Assembly: GCA_964187785.1 (NCBI GenBank)
Contig: OZ076409.1
Span: 37,264,001-37,328,000 of the forward strand
Source: Amphiscolops sp. MND2022
Taxonomy: Eukaryota
Reading direction: 5' to 3'
DNA length: 64,000 nucleotides
Shown here: piece by piece, positions 1-11,298 of the stretch
Numbering within the stretch: position 1 is the first letter of the stretch
Layout of the letters: each line of letters opens with the position of its first letter
Program-made: the position numbers and the translations under genes
Notes under the pieces: model-generated
The model's input: the letters and a program-made list of their open reading frames with translations, nothing else
The model's database searches: none
Told to the model about the DNA's origin: nothing

Positions 1-2
1 TA

Positions 3-3000
3 TCTAGCGCTATCCCAGAAGCCGATCTACGTAAAATCCGATTGTTAGCCCCTCAATCAATAATTAAAGAGGGCCCGGCACCCAACTTCCAGATTATGGT
101 AGCCAATGGACAGCTGGAGACTCCAAAGAGCACTGTTGAACTCAAATTCGAAGTCGGGGACATCGATTTCCACGAGATCTTCATTGTTATGGAAAAACTC
201 ACAAGTCCGTTAATTGGTCTCTCGTTCCTGCAACGGAACAATACCATACTGGACATGCGTCAAGGAGTTTTGAACTTCCCTTTCTTCTCCATGCAACTGA
301 AAACTGCTGACCACAAGTACACTAACGTCATGGAACCTATCTGTGCGCGGGAGGATATAACTATTCCCCCCAACGACAGACATATGGTTTCCATGTTCTC
401 ACAACTCTATGACGACACAAACGTCACTGGAATTCTTCAACCGAGCAATGACCTTGCAGAAGATGGTGATATAACCTTCTGCGCTGCTCTAGTCACACTG
501 ACCCAAGGTCAGGTATCAATTCACGTCAACAACTTCACTGACCAACCGTTCACCCTCAAAAGAGGTGCTCACATTGCCAATTTCTCTGTCCTCACACCAG
601 AGCAGATGAAATACGTCAAACCCATTGATCCCGTGACAACTTGGCACCTTTTGAAGGATAACCCGGAAAATGCTGCCTATTATGCCAGTAGCCTGATCAA
701 ATCCCCGAAAACTAACGATGATAGTGAGAACTACTGGTTCCCTACTCCAGAAGAACCAGGAGATCCTCAAACTCATACACCCATACAACAAAGAATCCTT
801 AGGGAACTACGAAATCTCCAAGATTTAGAGAAACTCAACCCTCAGGATGACCCTGAATCGCGGAAACAATTTCTTGCTAACTTTGACTGGACAGACTCTA
901 CGCTGAATCCAGCCGAAATTGCCCAAATTGAAGAATTACTTGTTGAATTTCACGACATTTTTGCACGACACCGTTTTGACATAGGTATGAACGAAGATTT
1001 CAAGGTCACTTTGACCCCTAAAGATGATTCCCCTGCCTATAGTCAAAGCTTACCTACTCCTATCAACCTCAAAGAAGATATCCTTGTAGAACTAGCACTA
1101 CTACATCGATATGGGATTATAACAACTCTCCCATTTTCCAAATATGCAAGTCCCATCTTTGCCCAGAAAAAACCTAACGGCAAACTTCGCCTCCTGGTTG
1201 ACCTCCGAAAGATCAACAACCTGATTTCTGACGATTACATCAACAACAACCATCCTGTCAGCACACTAACGGATGCTGCGCAGCACATGGCAGGCAAACG
1301 ATTATTTTGCAAACTTGATTGTTCTCAAGCATACCACTGCCTTCAGATGGCTGACCAGAGGTCAATCGAGATGCTGGCGTTCAATTTTGCCAGCAGAACC
1401 TTTGCCTATCGCCGACTTGCCCAAGGTCTAAGCAGAGCGCTGTCCGCATTCTCGAGCTTTATGCGCGAATACCTGGATAAAGTGATAAAAGCTGACCAAT
1501 GCGCTCAGTACGTAGATGATATTGGGATAGCTGCAAACGACGCCACTCAGCTCATCAACAACCTTCGAGCAACGTTCCAGTGCATCAGGACCGCTGGTCT
1601 CAAACTAACGATGCACAAGTGCCATTTCGGAGCCAAGGAAATCGACTTCCTGGGACGTACCATCACTCCTGAAGGGGTGCGGCCACAACGACCCAGGGTC
1701 CAGAATTTCTTGGAAAAGACCAAATTCCCTAAATCCAAGAAAGCACTTCAAAGATACTTGGGATTCTTGAATTACTACCGTAACTACATACCAAGGCTCT
1801 CAGAAAAACTCACACCGTTCTTCAAATTATTGAAAAGTGATGCCAAAGTCATGGTGACACCCGATCTGTTAGCGAAATTCACCGAGATCAACAAAGCTCT
1901 TGACCGATGTTGTGAACTGGCACTCAAACAACCTCTACCCGATAAACAGATAGCCCTGATGACGGACGCTAGTTTTTCGGCAGCAGGTTATGCGGTTCTC
2001 ATCGAGGACGATCCGATGGAAAAATATACTTCGACGCGAAAAGCCTTCGCACCCGTAGCATATGGATCCAAGACCTTTAGTCCAGCCCAACTGAAGATGT
2101 CCATTTATGCGAAAGAATTCCTAGCAATCTTCTTTGCATTTAAAGAGTTCGGCCATATCTTTTGGGGGACCCCGAAACCGGTGATAATACTAACAGACAA
2201 CAAGTCAGTCACTCGCTTTTTTCAAACAAAAATCATTCCACCTACATTGTGGAACGCGTGTGACTACGTTATGCAATTCAGTTTCACAATAGCCCATATA
2301 CCTGGCAAAAACAATACTGCCGCTGACTACTTGTCACGTCTAGAAATCTGTCCCAAAGAAAAACTCATACTCCGGATACGAGAAGATATTTCCACCACGC
2401 CCATTGAACTCAACGTCCAATCGGCGGGAGTCACTGAAGAGGAACAGATCTTTTATACAGAAGATGACGAGGAAACCGAAGAACAAATCTGGAAGCGCAA
2501 ACAAGATGCCAGGTCAAATCCCATGAATCAACCTCCTGATATTTTGCTAGATCATCTTAGCACTCATGATAATACACAATTCCAACCTCAAAATATACAA
2601 AAACTGACAAAACCAACCACCATGGCTATAGAACAACAGAATGACCTTATCTTGCATCAATTACGACTCAAACTGCAAAAAGAAGAATACTCTGAAACCA
2701 CCTTACAGCAAGATTCGCGCTACCGACATTACTGCCGTCAAATTGACCGTCTGTCCGTACATGATGACATCATCTTCAGAGACTACTACGATGAAACAGG
2801 AAGTGTCCAATTCCGCCAAGCATTATTACCGAAACATCTAGTCACAGAATTACTTCAATCACTACATGGTTCCGCGAACAAACATCCGGGAATCTCGAAA
2901 ATGCTGCATGAAATTCGACGAAAATACTACTATCCTGGAATTGCAAAAATCGTCAAAAAGTGGGTCCAAGGGTGTGAAATTTGTATAAAAGACAAAAGAG

Positions 3001-4496
3001 TCAGCAATGCATCCATAACACCCGAATTACTCAATTTGCCCGAATGGGATCTTGGTCCAGAAGACGCCCTACAAATTGACATTCTGCCCAACTTACCCCC
3101 AAGTGGAGGTTACGAAAATGTCATAACGGCTCTGGACGTGTTTTCGAGATATCTTTTTGCCTACCCCGTAACGGACGCTTCGGCCGTCAATACGGCAAAG
3201 GTCATTATTGATATCATGACAAAACATTCCTACTTGCCGACTACGCTGATCACCGACAAAGGGACTGCCTTTACGTCCAAACTACTAGAAGAAATTACCA
3301 AAATTTTAGGAATTCACCTTCGATGCGCGACCACAAAGCATCCTCAGACGATAGGCAAACTAGAACGCACTCATGCCAGCCTTAAGGGCAACCTCAAAAT
3401 GGCATCAGGCGAATACAGGCGCCAATGGCACAAATATCTCCCATTGGCTGTCCTTAATTATAACACGACCTATCATTCAAGTCTTGGATGCGAACCCACC
3501 CGAATTTTTCATGGAAGAGTACCCTATAATATCTTAGACCATCGGTTAGGATTAAATCCCAACCCAAAGATTACTCCAACGACGGATTTTGCTGAAGAAT
3601 TCCAAAGACGTACGCAAATACTAATTGATCAAACAAAGAAAAACATCATGCAATCATATTTAAAGTACAAAGAATATTATGATCGAAAGGCTAAGGCAGC
3701 TCCTCTACTACAAGGAGATTTTTGCTTCATTTTACAACCTTTAGCTGACCATCAAGGCTCTAAAATTCCATTTCGTGAATTTCGTTGGATCGGACCGTAC
3801 GTCATTGAAAAGGTTTTACCTAACGACAACTATATTGTTCGCAAACTTAGTTCTAACAAAACGCAGATTTTACACCGAATACGCCTTAGAAAATACATTC
3901 CCAATACTCCTTTGCAAGATAATCGTCCTGAAGGAAATTTACAAGCAGACGATGAAATTATTATTCCGCAAGATGATTTATACATCATTTCATGGGAGAC
4001 TAATTTTGATGATTTTCCTCCTCACTCTGAGCCACAGGTATTTCCCGACGAATTTCCTATTAATCCTGATGAACAGGATGCTATAGTTACAGATTTGGAC
4101 CTTCGGTCCACGCGACGGCAAGAAAATACTGACGCAACTGATACTCACTCACCCTCACGTGAAGTAGCCGAAGCGGACCTTCGGTCAGCAGGACGGCAGA
4201 CAAATACTGAGTCTGATAATTCCGGACAGTACGCGCGTGACCTACCTTATGAAGACCGTCAGTCCACTCGACGGCAACGAAGTACTGATTCCGAAAATGA
4301 TGACATAGCTAATCAGGACTTTTCTAGAGATGAAAATTCAGAAACTTCAACTTCTGGGGGGAACGATACAACCGTGCCCGATGTATTAATTGAAGAAACC
4401 GATGATTGTGTTGTAGAAAATGAAAGTCCTAGGGGAGGGAAATATAACCTACGTCCCAATCCTACCCCCAACTTCACTGATGAATACAGATACTAG
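3..4496 (+). CDS. pol: Gypsy Pol polyprotein (protease C-terminal part, dUTPase-like region, reverse transcriptase, RNase H, integrase, disordered tail); 5'-truncated by the window edge
   Basis: Frame is open from position 3 (SSAIPEADLRKIRL). Protease LIGLSFL motif. RT motifs LLVDLRKIN, KLDCSQAYH, LAQGL and YVDD (1509-1520). RNase H MTDAS and TDNKS. Integrase HHCC (LHGSANKHPG...CEIC) and D,D,E residues (QIDIL, ITDKG, LERTH). No stops. Confidence 0.97.
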   Translation, partial: SSAIPEADLRKIRLLAPQSIIKEGPAPNFQIMVANGQLETPKSTVELKFEVGDIDFHEIFIVMEKLTSPLIGLSFLQRNNTILDMRQGVLNFPFFSMQLKTADHKYTNVMEPICAREDITIPPNDRHMVSMFSQLYDDTNVTGILQPSNDLAEDGDITFCAALVTLTQGQVSIHVNNFTDQPFTLKRGAHIANFSVLTPEQMKYVKPIDPVTTWHLLKDNPENAAYYASSLIKSPKTNDDSENYWFPTPEEPGDPQTHTPIQQRILRELRNLQDLEKLNPQDDPESRKQFLANFDWTDSTLNPAEIAQIEELLVEFHDIFARHRFDIGMNEDFKVTLTPKDDSPAYSQSLPTPINLKEDILVELALLHRYGIITTLPFSKYASPIFAQKKPNGKLRLLVDLRKINNLISDDYINNNHPVSTLTDAAQHMAGKRLFCKLDCSQAYHCLQMADQRSIEMLAFNFASRTFAYRRLAQGLSRALSAFSSFMREYLDKVIKADQCAQYVDDIGIAANDATQLINNLRATFQCIRTAGLKLTMHKCHFGAKEIDFLGRTITPEGVRPQRPRVQNFLEKTKFPKSKKALQRYLGFLNYYRNYIPRLSEKLTPFFKLLKSDAKVMVTPDLLAKFTEINKALDRCCELALKQPLPDKQIALMTDASFSAAGYAVLIEDDPMEKYTSTRKAFAPVAYGSKTFSPAQLKMSIYAKEFLAIFFAFKEFGHIFWGTPKPVIILTDNKSVTRFFQTKIIPPTLWNACDYVMQFSFTIAHIPGKNNTAADYLSRLEICPKEKLILRIREDISTTPIELNVQSAGVTEEEQIFYTEDDEETEEQIWKRKQDARSNPMNQPPDILLDHLSTHDNTQFQPQNIQKLTKPTTMAIEQQNDLILHQLRLKLQKEEYSETTLQQDSRYRHYCRQIDRLSVHDDIIFRDYYDETGSVQFRQALLPKHLVTELLQSLHGSANKHPGISKMLHEIRRKYYYPGIAKIVKKWVQGCEICIKDKRVSNASITPELLNLPEWDLGPEDALQIDILPNLPPSGGYENVITALDVFSRYLFAYPVTDASAVNTAKVIIDIMTKHSYLPTTLITDKGTAFTSKLLEEITKILGIHLRCATTKHPQTIGKLERTHASLKGNLKMASGEYRRQWHKYLPLAVLNYNTTYHSSLGCEPTRIFHGRVPYNILDHRLGLNPNPKITPTTDFAEEFQRRTQILIDQTKKNIMQSYLKYKEYYDRKAKAAPLLQGDFCFILQPLADHQGSKIPFREFRWIGPYVIEKVLPNDNYIVRKLSSNKTQILHRIRLRKYIPNTPLQDNRPEGNLQADDEIIIPQDDLYIISWETNFDDFPPHSEPQVFPDEFPINPDEQDAIVTDLDLRSTRRQENTDATDTHSPSREVAEADLRSAGRQTNTESDNSGQYARDLPYEDRQSTRRQRSTDSENDDIANQDFSRDENSETSTSGGNDTTVPDVLIEETDDCVVENESPRGGKYNLRPNPTPNFTDEYRY
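2733..2755 (-). promoter_or_regulatory. GAC-N5-GTC-N5-GACGGCA motif (inside pol, between RNase H and integrase)
   Basis: Reverse complement reads GAC AGACG GTC AATTT GACGGCA. Confidence 0.6.
4098..4276 (+). promoter_or_regulatory. Three GAC-N5-GTC-N5-GACGGCA motifs at a 78-bp period in the pol tail
   Basis: Copies at 4098-4120, 4176-4198 and 4254-4276. Confidence 0.75.
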
Positions 4497-4708
4497 TCAG
4501 AACATGTAAATTCACTGGCCCAATGCAACTTTTGCTTTTTCAAACTATCTTTTATGGGCCCCGATTGACTTTTCAGACTACGGAAACTCCTAGACAAGTG
4601 TCAAGATGACACAACTATACAAACAAACATCAAACAATAATAAAACTGACAAATAGATGAATGAAAAACACTATTTCATCGATAAATACAAATGTACATA
4701 TAGTACAA

Positions 4709-7700
4709 TTAGGAGTCTTTAGCAAATGAACCAGATGGCAATTCACTATCTGATTGGCGCTTGATGGGTGAGTTTTTGGAACTGTTGGATGGAAGGCTCT
4801 TAGACTCACCACCGAATCGCAGCTTCTTCAACTTCCCATCCCGAGTTTCTGCCTGTCGCTTTATTGGCCCTGGCTTCAAAGTAGATAGGATGGTAGCTAG
4901 ACCAAAATGATCCAATCCATCCCATGGACTATACGTGTCTGAGAAAGCAACATTCCCAAATGTAGTCTCCAAGGCCAAGAAGCTAGTCGCTGAGGATGAT
5001 GTAGCGAGGGCATCGACACTCCGTCCTACATTGATGAAATATGACTGCACAGGGAAGATAGTGTCAACCAACTTACTTTTGGGGTCATCAGTACTGACTG
5101 GTCCAAATTTCACAATAGGCATCTCAGTGTAACTCTCATCTAGGCATAGGCAACTAAGTTGGAAGATTCGGGATAAAAGCGAACGGGACCGTAAAGCCTC
5201 GTGCCCAGAAATAAAGGAGACAGCATCGAAAATTATGACTCTAGGTTGTGTCATGTCTGGCATTTCTTTCCTCAACTCGTCGAGAAAGGATAAATATTCT
5301 TCAGTGAGAAGGGACTCATCCTCAGGCTGAAAGTAACCTCGAAGTTGGAAACACCTGAATAATTGCTTGAAACAGTATAAGGCTTGACTCAGTGGGGCAC
5401 AGAACATGATGTCGAGGTCGAAGGAACCTAAACCTTTGACGATGTCGGAAGTTAATTGGAGGTTGCTTTGGGCGGCATTAAACAAATAAGCAACGTAGCT
5501 ACGTCCCAAGCGTCCAAACTCCTCCTTATGGTCCTTCACGAGTTTGGGCAAGCTAGCCTTATTTCCGGACTTCTCACTCAATTCCTTCTCAGCCCTGATT
5601 TTGCATGCGACGTCGAGCCTCTGACCAAGTTTGGAACGTGCAATGAAATCAGTAACCACCAGTGCCCGGGCGTCGGATGATGACACGTTGAGGATGCCAG
5701 CTAAGTCAGATTCTTGGGGAAGACTTTTGGGTTTTATGCAACGTCGTCCCAGTTTGAACAGGTACAGGCACAATTGTCTGTAGATATGGAACCCTCGGTC
5801 TCTCCGCTCAGTCAAGTGGGGCACGAAACTCGTGGTATCTAAATGAGAAAGACTCATATTTATGGTGAAAACACGTAAGCGGAAGCTTTTAACGAATATC
5901 ACTAACAGTCACGGACTAGTCGGTAAAACAGTTCTAAACGACACAAGAACATCTCGTCATGTAACATTGCTCGCTCCAGATTTTGTGGCTGAAAAGAAGA
6001 TTTTCATGCAAATATGACTATGATGGACTTAAGGTCACAGTGACAGCAGAAACTCACCTGTTTCTTCACCCCCATCATTTCATGTGAAGGAGCATGAGTA
6101 TTGAGGAAAGCCGTCACACTAGCCCAGTTATTTAGCAGCTCTTGACACAAGGTAGGCAAAGTGTCCAGTTCAATCTGACATCTGCGAACAGCCTAAAGAA
6201 ATCACCTCGTTAAGTTACCAGCACTCATTGATCACAACAGTTGAAGAAAGCTGCATACTTTAGCAAGAACTGGAGTCATTAGCGTCCAATCACAATCTAG
6301 GCAGCCACTAAGGAAAACGATCAAATACTGAAGCACGGAGTGGAAGTCTATTCGTCCAAAGACGCTGTAACTCTTTTTGTGCATCAGCTTGGCAATGGAG
6401 AAATCGTCAAATCTTAGTGGACGTTGGAGACCATGCTTGCTGTAAGGTGAATTGTCAATCTGACGTATAGTTTCGAGAGTGCTTCCAGAACAGCAAACCA
6501 AGTTAGGCCGAGTGGAGAACGCGGCCATAACGGAACTAACGAGACTTAGTTCAGCTGAGGTCTGTCCCAATACCCGACCAGTCCGCTTCAAGAACACTCT
6601 GCACAATTCATCTTTTCTCCAGAACCGTATATAGACGAATAAGAACACTCCTTGTTTGACAAATTCTAATGCATAGTCTCCTGCTGCAACTACATGAGTG
6701 CCGATGTCATGGATAACTTGTAGAAACATGTGATGGAAGAGGATCTATAACAAAACAATGTGGTTAAGCATTGGTTAAGGGGAAAACTTACACAACTTAC
6801 AATCGAAAGGTTATCTTGACAAAAAGAATACTTACTGCTAATCGTTCTTTGCTCCAATCAAAGTCGGTGAACAAGGCCTGGTGGTTCACCACGACGCCAA
6901 CGTCTCGCCAGAAGTGTCTCAGGGTTCCGATGTCACCGTATGAGCGAAGATAGTGTCCCAGTACCGACATTTGGATCTTCACACGGCTTTCAGACGATGA
7001 GGCCATGTACTGAGTTCCCTGCATATAGTCCTCGTAGAAAGGAAGCTTTTCGCCGATGTCCACGAGTTCCGCCTCAATGAATTTGGGTAATTCCAGCTCG
7101 AGTTCGTAAGGCGTTAATAATTTCCCATCTCTACCTCGGACGTAATATTTAACTGCCCTGGTCACGGGATCGACTCTACTCATGTGCTCGTATCGCCACC
7201 GTTGGTCCTTCCTGAGATGACGCTCAGTGGCATGGTGACGTAAAATCTCGCGGGCCCCTCTGCCATAGATGGAAATATTGCCTTTACAAATTTGGCAATA
7301 AAATTTATAGCGATTCCAACGGGGGTCAACGGGACCTGAAACGAAAGTCTTCGTCCATTCCATACCTTTAAAGTATGCTTCTTTCATTATTTTGCACCCT
7401 CTTGGAACTCTGTGATTGCTCCTACCACTGTTGCGTGAAGTGCCTTTCTGAGTTTTCTTTCGCGTTTTTGGCTTGGTTTTCTCTGCGAGGGCTTCATCCT
7501 TAAGCGCAGCCAATGTTTGAGCCCCTGGACTGTCCATCTGGATTTGGCCAATAGGAGACGTAGGGTCAGTTCGACTGCATCCGGGAGGTCCGATAGGAGG
7601 TTGAATCACTGGCTGGCTATCAAAGTCAGAGTGCTCGTACACATACCCAAGACTAGTAACTTCTTCGTCAGTCCGCAGTGCCCCACTGGTATCGCTGGCA

Positions 7701-8917
7701 TTTCCAGAGGTAAAGCCAGATTGGGACCCCATGTCACTAGCAACGGAAGCTGTACGGTTGTTCCTAGGACCGGAAATAGGGAGAGGTGAACGAGTCCCAA
7801 GGTTTAGACGACTGGTCTGTTGTATCAAACTTTCCATCGCTCTTAGGGAACCCCTAACTGCCTCGTCTGCTACCACCTTCAATATGTGACTGACTTGCCC
7901 CTCGTTCCAGGCAATGGTGGAATGGCCGGGTGGTAGTTCAATAGGAGTTGCGGCTTCAAAGTACTCCTTTATCAGTGCTCTGCTTCCTCCAGACAAATGG
8001 GCTGTCCGAGTAGGAATTTCGGGAAAATCAGCTGATGTAACACTAGCGGCATCACTGACCCTAAAGTGGGTGGGGCGAGAGGGAGCAAGCATAGCGTCGG
8101 CAACCGTTGACCCAGCTAATCCAGCGGACTCATGATCAGTTTCACTAGAGGGATTCCGACCAAGTCTCAGGGTAGCAGTCACCTCAGGCTCCGACATTTC
8201 AAACTCATCAGTGGTTTCTATCCCTCCTTCTGAGAATGAATGACCTTCTGTCACGGGGACGGGAATGGAGTGAATTTTGCTTTCACCAGCAATCTTTACA
8301 CACAGTCTCTGTACTTTTGCTTCTGGAGGACCATAAGTCAATCCAGTGTTGCCTTTTGTAGGGAGCTCCGGAGAATCAAGGAATGTCACTTCAGGGATAG
8401 AATTGGAATCGCCCCCTTCTATACTTAGACTTTCCTGACCTGGCGTAAGCTCCAAAACTGCACTCGTGCTGGCTTTCTCGGTCCCAGCCGCTTGTTGTCC
8501 ACTGCTGCCGACTTCGGGAACATCGCCTAACTGTTCCCACTTCCTGGCAATGTACGCACCACAGCTTTCGTCCGTACTGCTGCTCTCTAAGTGCAATGTG
8601 GGTGGTGGTTGTGGAGGAGTATCATCATAAACGTCCAGGCTGTCGTTGGCCGGGACACATTCCTTGTCAGTGACTCGCAAATTCGCCTGACTGCTGGTCC
8701 CATTTGCTGGAGTGGTAAGTGTCCTGTCACCGTCTTGACTAAGAGAATTATTCGCGAGGCTCGGAGAGTTTTCCATAACGGACAGAGCAGAAACAAAGGA
8801 ATCACTGGTCTCCATTCGTTCTTCTTCTACACTCGACTGAGGAGGTTGGCCACTTGTCTCATTACCTAAATGAAATGAGATAAAGAAACGCGGTTCACTT
8901 CCTGAATAAGAATCCAT
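4709..8917 (-). CDS. Antisense spliced accessory gene; predicted exons 8917-6836, 6744-6259, 6192-6058, 5988-5907, 5838-4709 (~1304 aa); disordered N-terminus, BED-type zinc finger, degenerate hAT-transposase-like region
   Basis: Four GT-AG introns (6835-6745 GTAAGT..TATAG; 6258-6193 GTATGC..TTTAG; 6057-5989 GTGAGT..TTCAG; 5906-5839 GTTAGT..TTTAG) join three separate long ORFs and two small exons in one stop-free frame (phases 0,0,0,1). FYCQICK...ILRHHATERH zinc finger at ~7215-7305. The start codon is uncertain because there is a possible acceptor near 8867. Confidence 0.8.
6026..6048 (+). promoter_or_regulatory. One-mismatch motif copy inside a predicted intron
   Basis: GAC TTAAG GTC ACAGT GACAGCA within intron 5989-6057. 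Confidence 0.55.
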
Positions 8918-10383
8918 CTAGCCGCATTTGAGAAAATTCTTCCGGAAGTTATTTTGACTCAATGTTCACGCTTATAGCAAACATTTCACGATGGAGGAAG
9001 TAATTTAGTTAAATTTCGAGCCCTGATCAAGCCTAAATTTAACACTGTCAATAAAGAACCAACCTGATGTTGTTTCCATGGAGAATGACAGAATTGATGT
9101 GACTCAGTTTCTGAATAGAGAAGATCCGAAATCACAATGTGTTAGTTGTTCCAACTGATCCACTGTCTCTGTCGCTAAGACAATCCGCGCAGCTGTGTAG
9201 TTCTCTCCTGTTGAGGCAAATATAATTGGCAAGAGAATTCGGTAATTTGTCTGGGATATAAGATCGGACTAATAGTCGAACAAACAGCACAATTCAATAG
9301 GCAAGTAGGATGTAATTGCAAAGTAGAGAGGCTTGATTCACAAGGAAATTTGACACTCAAGGTCAGAGAGACTACTTGGAATACTAGGTATAACAAATAG
9401 CTCAAGTGATACTACTTGAGGGAACAAACTATGAAGTGCGATCAATGCTAACTGCAATTGAACAATGTATGTGGACTTAACGTCAGCTTGACGGCAGTGT
9501 ATTACTAGTTCACAATTAAGTAATAACCAACCAGTACTAACGAATTGGACGACGAGTCATCATGACGGCACAACGTTACTAGTTACCAAATGTACTTTAT
9601 TTCACTTCCTCTACTCTGTGACTACTCTAATGACTAAACACTACTTCTTGCCACTAATTTAGAGTCTCGGAATTTCTATTATTATTATTATTATCATTAT
9701 TACTATTATTACTGGTAATAGTACACTTATTATTATCAATATTATTATCACCATTACATTTCATTTAACTATAATTTGGATGTCGTGGCTACATGTAAGA
9801 CCTTCGTTTATGTTTCCATCTCCTCCTTTATTCACAGTACATGGTATGGAACCTGCCAGTGAAATATTCATGCACTCATATCTGTTTCATTTTAACTCAT
9901 TCTTTTCCCCTAAAAAGGGCATCGATTTCTTTATTTCATTTCATATTCGAAGAATTACTCGCTATATTTTACCAATCAATCTAGCGTCACCTGATTGGCC
10001 GCCTTAACTATTGCCGTCGAAGGGACTGAAGGTCTTTCAAGTTAATTGTTGACGGAGAATTAAGAAGAACAACACTTAAATTGTCAAGCATCACCTTTGA
10101 AGTATGAAGTAAAACAACTTGAAGAGGCAATTAACAAGCTTCGCAGATAAATTGCTTGAAAATTATTTGAGATTTTACTCTTAATCAAAACCTAAAAAGG
10201 AAAACTTGAAACTATGATTTGGGAGAAACCCCGCGCTGTATCCCCGCTAAAATTGGGGTTGGACCTAAGGTCAACTGGACGGCACAATTTCATTCATCGC
10301 CCTAACAATTTCAAAACCAGTAGACTGCTTCTGAACTGCTCAAAATTGCACGAAAATTATTTCTATCACGATACTCGCTGGAA
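8918..10383. promoter_or_regulatory. Putative bidirectional promoter region with four motif copies and inverted CCAAT boxes
   Basis: Lies between divergent ORFs. Motifs at 9474(+), 9548(+), 10012(-) and 10262(+). CCAAT and ATTGG at ~9972-9998. Confidence 0.5.
9677..9757. repeat. Imperfect (ATT)n microsatellite
   Basis: tattattattattattatcattattactattattac... Confidence 0.85.
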
Positions 10384-11187
10384 ATGGCATTACAGTTTGA
10401 CACTGAGGGTATAAATGGACCATTAGTGAGTCTTTCCTATCGATCTTCCGACGAAGAAATGGAGGTAGATTCCATCCAATCAGTACATGATAGCGACGAT
10501 GACGACATTCAAGTAATAGCCTGTTACTCCGAAAATCAGGAATTTCCGCCACAGCTGACAGCAGGTAGAGCTATGACTACGGACTTATCTGACTGCCTGG
10601 GTTATTTAAGCTTACCGGAAACTATTTCGGAAAGTTACTTTACCGAACCGACAGAAGACCTCATCAATTGGTTCGTTGGAAGTCCACCGTCAACCTACGC
10701 CGGGGTACAGCCGCAACGACATCCTATAGCTCAATGCAGCCAACTTGACCCAGTGTCTTACTCGCCATTGTCGCCGCCACTGATCGATCAATTTCCCAAC
10801 TATGCACCCGAGGTCAATAATCAAGAGGTCGAAGTAGAGCCGTCATGGGCTAGGAACCAACACATCACTGGCCTGGGCATCAGCGCAAGCGGACAATGTG
10901 GGCAGCCCAATAACGTACTCTACGGCGACTGTGTCGTCTGTGGGAAATCATTCCAGGCGATAAAGGAAGAGATGACACTCGGCTTTCTAGAAAGTACCCA
11001 CGTTCCCGGGGAGACGTATGAACAACGACAAGCGAGACGGCGTGCCTTCGAAGCTGGAATGAGAGCCGGATCATTCATCATAATCCCCCGGGGAGTGTCG
11101 CAGGCGGCCGCCTGTGACGGAATATTATACCAAGTCGGACCCGAAGACGATAACACTAATCCCGGACCGGGCGTACTGCCTATTTGA
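10384..11187 (+). CDS. Orphan accessory ORF (267 aa) of the LTR element; acidic N-terminus, CxxC, basic helix
   Basis: Uninterrupted ATG-initiated, GC-richer ORF in AT-rich surroundings, flanked by copies of the element motif; contains DDDDIQVI, CVVCG and RQARRRAF. Confidence 0.65.
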   Translation: MALQFDTEGINGPLVSLSYRSSDEEMEVDSIQSVHDSDDDDIQVIACYSENQEFPPQLTAGRAMTTDLSDCLGYLSLPETISESYFTEPTEDLINWFVGSPPSTYAGVQPQRHPIAQCSQLDPVSYSPLSPPLIDQFPNYAPEVNNQEVEVEPSWARNQHITGLGISASGQCGQPNNVLYGDCVVCGKSFQAIKEEMTLGFLESTHVPGETYEQRQARRRAFEAGMRAGSFIIIPRGVSQAAACDGILYQVGPEDDNTNPGPGVLPI

Positions 11188-11298
11188 AAGAAAACTCCAC
11201 AATACATTGATTATTTAATTAGCAATCTTCTCATGCACTTTAGTTCATTCATTTGTTGTTATTCTTTTCTACATGTAAATATGAAGTCTTATTAATGT

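Noticed and set aside
4098..4120. Motif read as a UUCG tetraloop hairpin, a nuclear-receptor element or an AhdI-type restriction site (GACN5GTC)
   Set aside because: Spacer bases vary without preserving pairing or AGGTCA half-sites, copies occur on both strands, and the context is eukaryotic; the fixed GACGGCA extension is unexplained by these readings.
10384..11187. env gene
   Set aside because: No hydrophobic signal or transmembrane segment and no furin-site/fusion-peptide architecture.
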